From an uncultured Candidatus Saccharibacteria bacterium (lineage in GTDB: Bacteria > Patescibacteriota > Andersenbacteria > UBA10190): 64,000 bases of DNA. The notes below the pieces were generated by a model, which made no database searches, was not told where the DNA came from, and saw only the letters and a list, made by a program, of their open reading frames with translations. A program made the translations under genes and the position numbers. Shown piece after piece: positions 63,760 to 64,000 of the stretch (its first letter is position 1; each line of letters begins with the position of its first letter). The stretch covers positions 21,993 to 85,992 of the forward strand of contig CAYHTZ010000003.1 in NCBI GenBank assembly GCA_964359735.1, given 5' to 3'.

Positions 63760-64000
63760 TCCTAAATCCTAAGCCAGCCAGCGGTGAACACGTAATTCGC
63801 CTGTCCCTAACGTGGGTGGTGCTGATTGGGGTGGCCGTGCTTGCGCTTGGCGCCATGGGGGGAATGATTGCGCAGTGGTGGTGGCAACCGAACCTCCCGC
63901 CTCTCCCGACAACTGAAGATAGGCTCATTACCACCATTCAGGAAGTAACTATCTCTCCGAGCACAGCCACGGCGGAACTCACGAAGAATCATGAGCGCTC
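63756..64000 (+). CDS. Hypothetical protein, N-terminal fragment (continues beyond window); single TM then soluble
   Basis: ATG 63756 overlaps the previous stop (ATGA). Open to window end: 'MILNPKPASGEHVIRLSLTWVVLIGVAVLALGAMGG...'. Confidence 0.3.
   Translation, partial: MILNPKPASGEHVIRLSLTWVVLIGVAVLALGAMGGMIAQWWWQPNLPPLPTTEDRLITTIQEVTISPSTATAELTKNHER

Noticed and set aside
1-64000. Searched for CRISPR arrays, rRNA genes, integrase/transposase genes and long direct repeats
   Set aside because: No regularly spaced repeats of 25-40 nt, no rRNA-like conserved blocks and no recombinase/transposase signatures were recognised. The only repeat families are the three-copy palindrome and the tRNA-5'-half-like units reported above.

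Overview
GC-rich bacterial window, almost entirely protein-coding and mostly on the + strand. Reading the six-frame translations, it is dominated by housekeeping genes. These include: a partial dcw block (murD 3' end, ftsW, murG, murC); a ribosomal/RNA-polymerase block (infA, rpmJ, rpsM, rpsK, rpsD, rpoA, rplQ, rplM, rpsI); hpf-secA; secD-secF; holB-like, frr, rseP, proS; an mreB-mreC-mreD-PBP2 block; greA; four aminoacyl-tRNA synthetases (alaS, proS, lysS, serS); dnaX; H+-pyrophosphatase; xseA/xseB; tsaC; a DD-carboxypeptidase; glutaredoxin and trxB. One tRNA-Gln(UUG) was found by hand-folding. Compact proteins (AlaRS of 625 aa, short delta', S4 lacking the N-terminal zinc finger), a sigma-70 region-4/HARE-HTH protein, a T4CP-like ATPase with membrane partner, and small GIY-YIG genes together suggest (inference only) a reduced genome of a Patescibacteria/CPR-like or related Gram-positive-affiliated lineage. 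Standard code: TGA, TAA and TAG are all used as stops. No CRISPR array, rRNA or integrase was seen. The candidates most worth a second look are listed below.
1. A 26-28 bp perfect palindrome (core CCATAGATCGATCTATGG) is present three times. Two copies bracket a TrpR/YerC-family regulator gene. The third sits in front of a PEP-utilising His-swivel domain protein that has a paralogue elsewhere in the window.
2. A sigma-r4 + HARE-HTH protein is followed by a translationally coupled membrane protein and a VirD4/TraG-like ATPase with a C-terminal zinc ribbon.
3. A GIY-YIG nuclease gene is bracketed by two diverged copies of a tRNA 5'-half-like repeat, immediately upstream of an intact tRNA-Gln.
4. 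An uncharacterised 434-aa gene is inserted between xseA and xseB.
5. Several genes (infA, second mreB, secD) lack canonical ATG starts.
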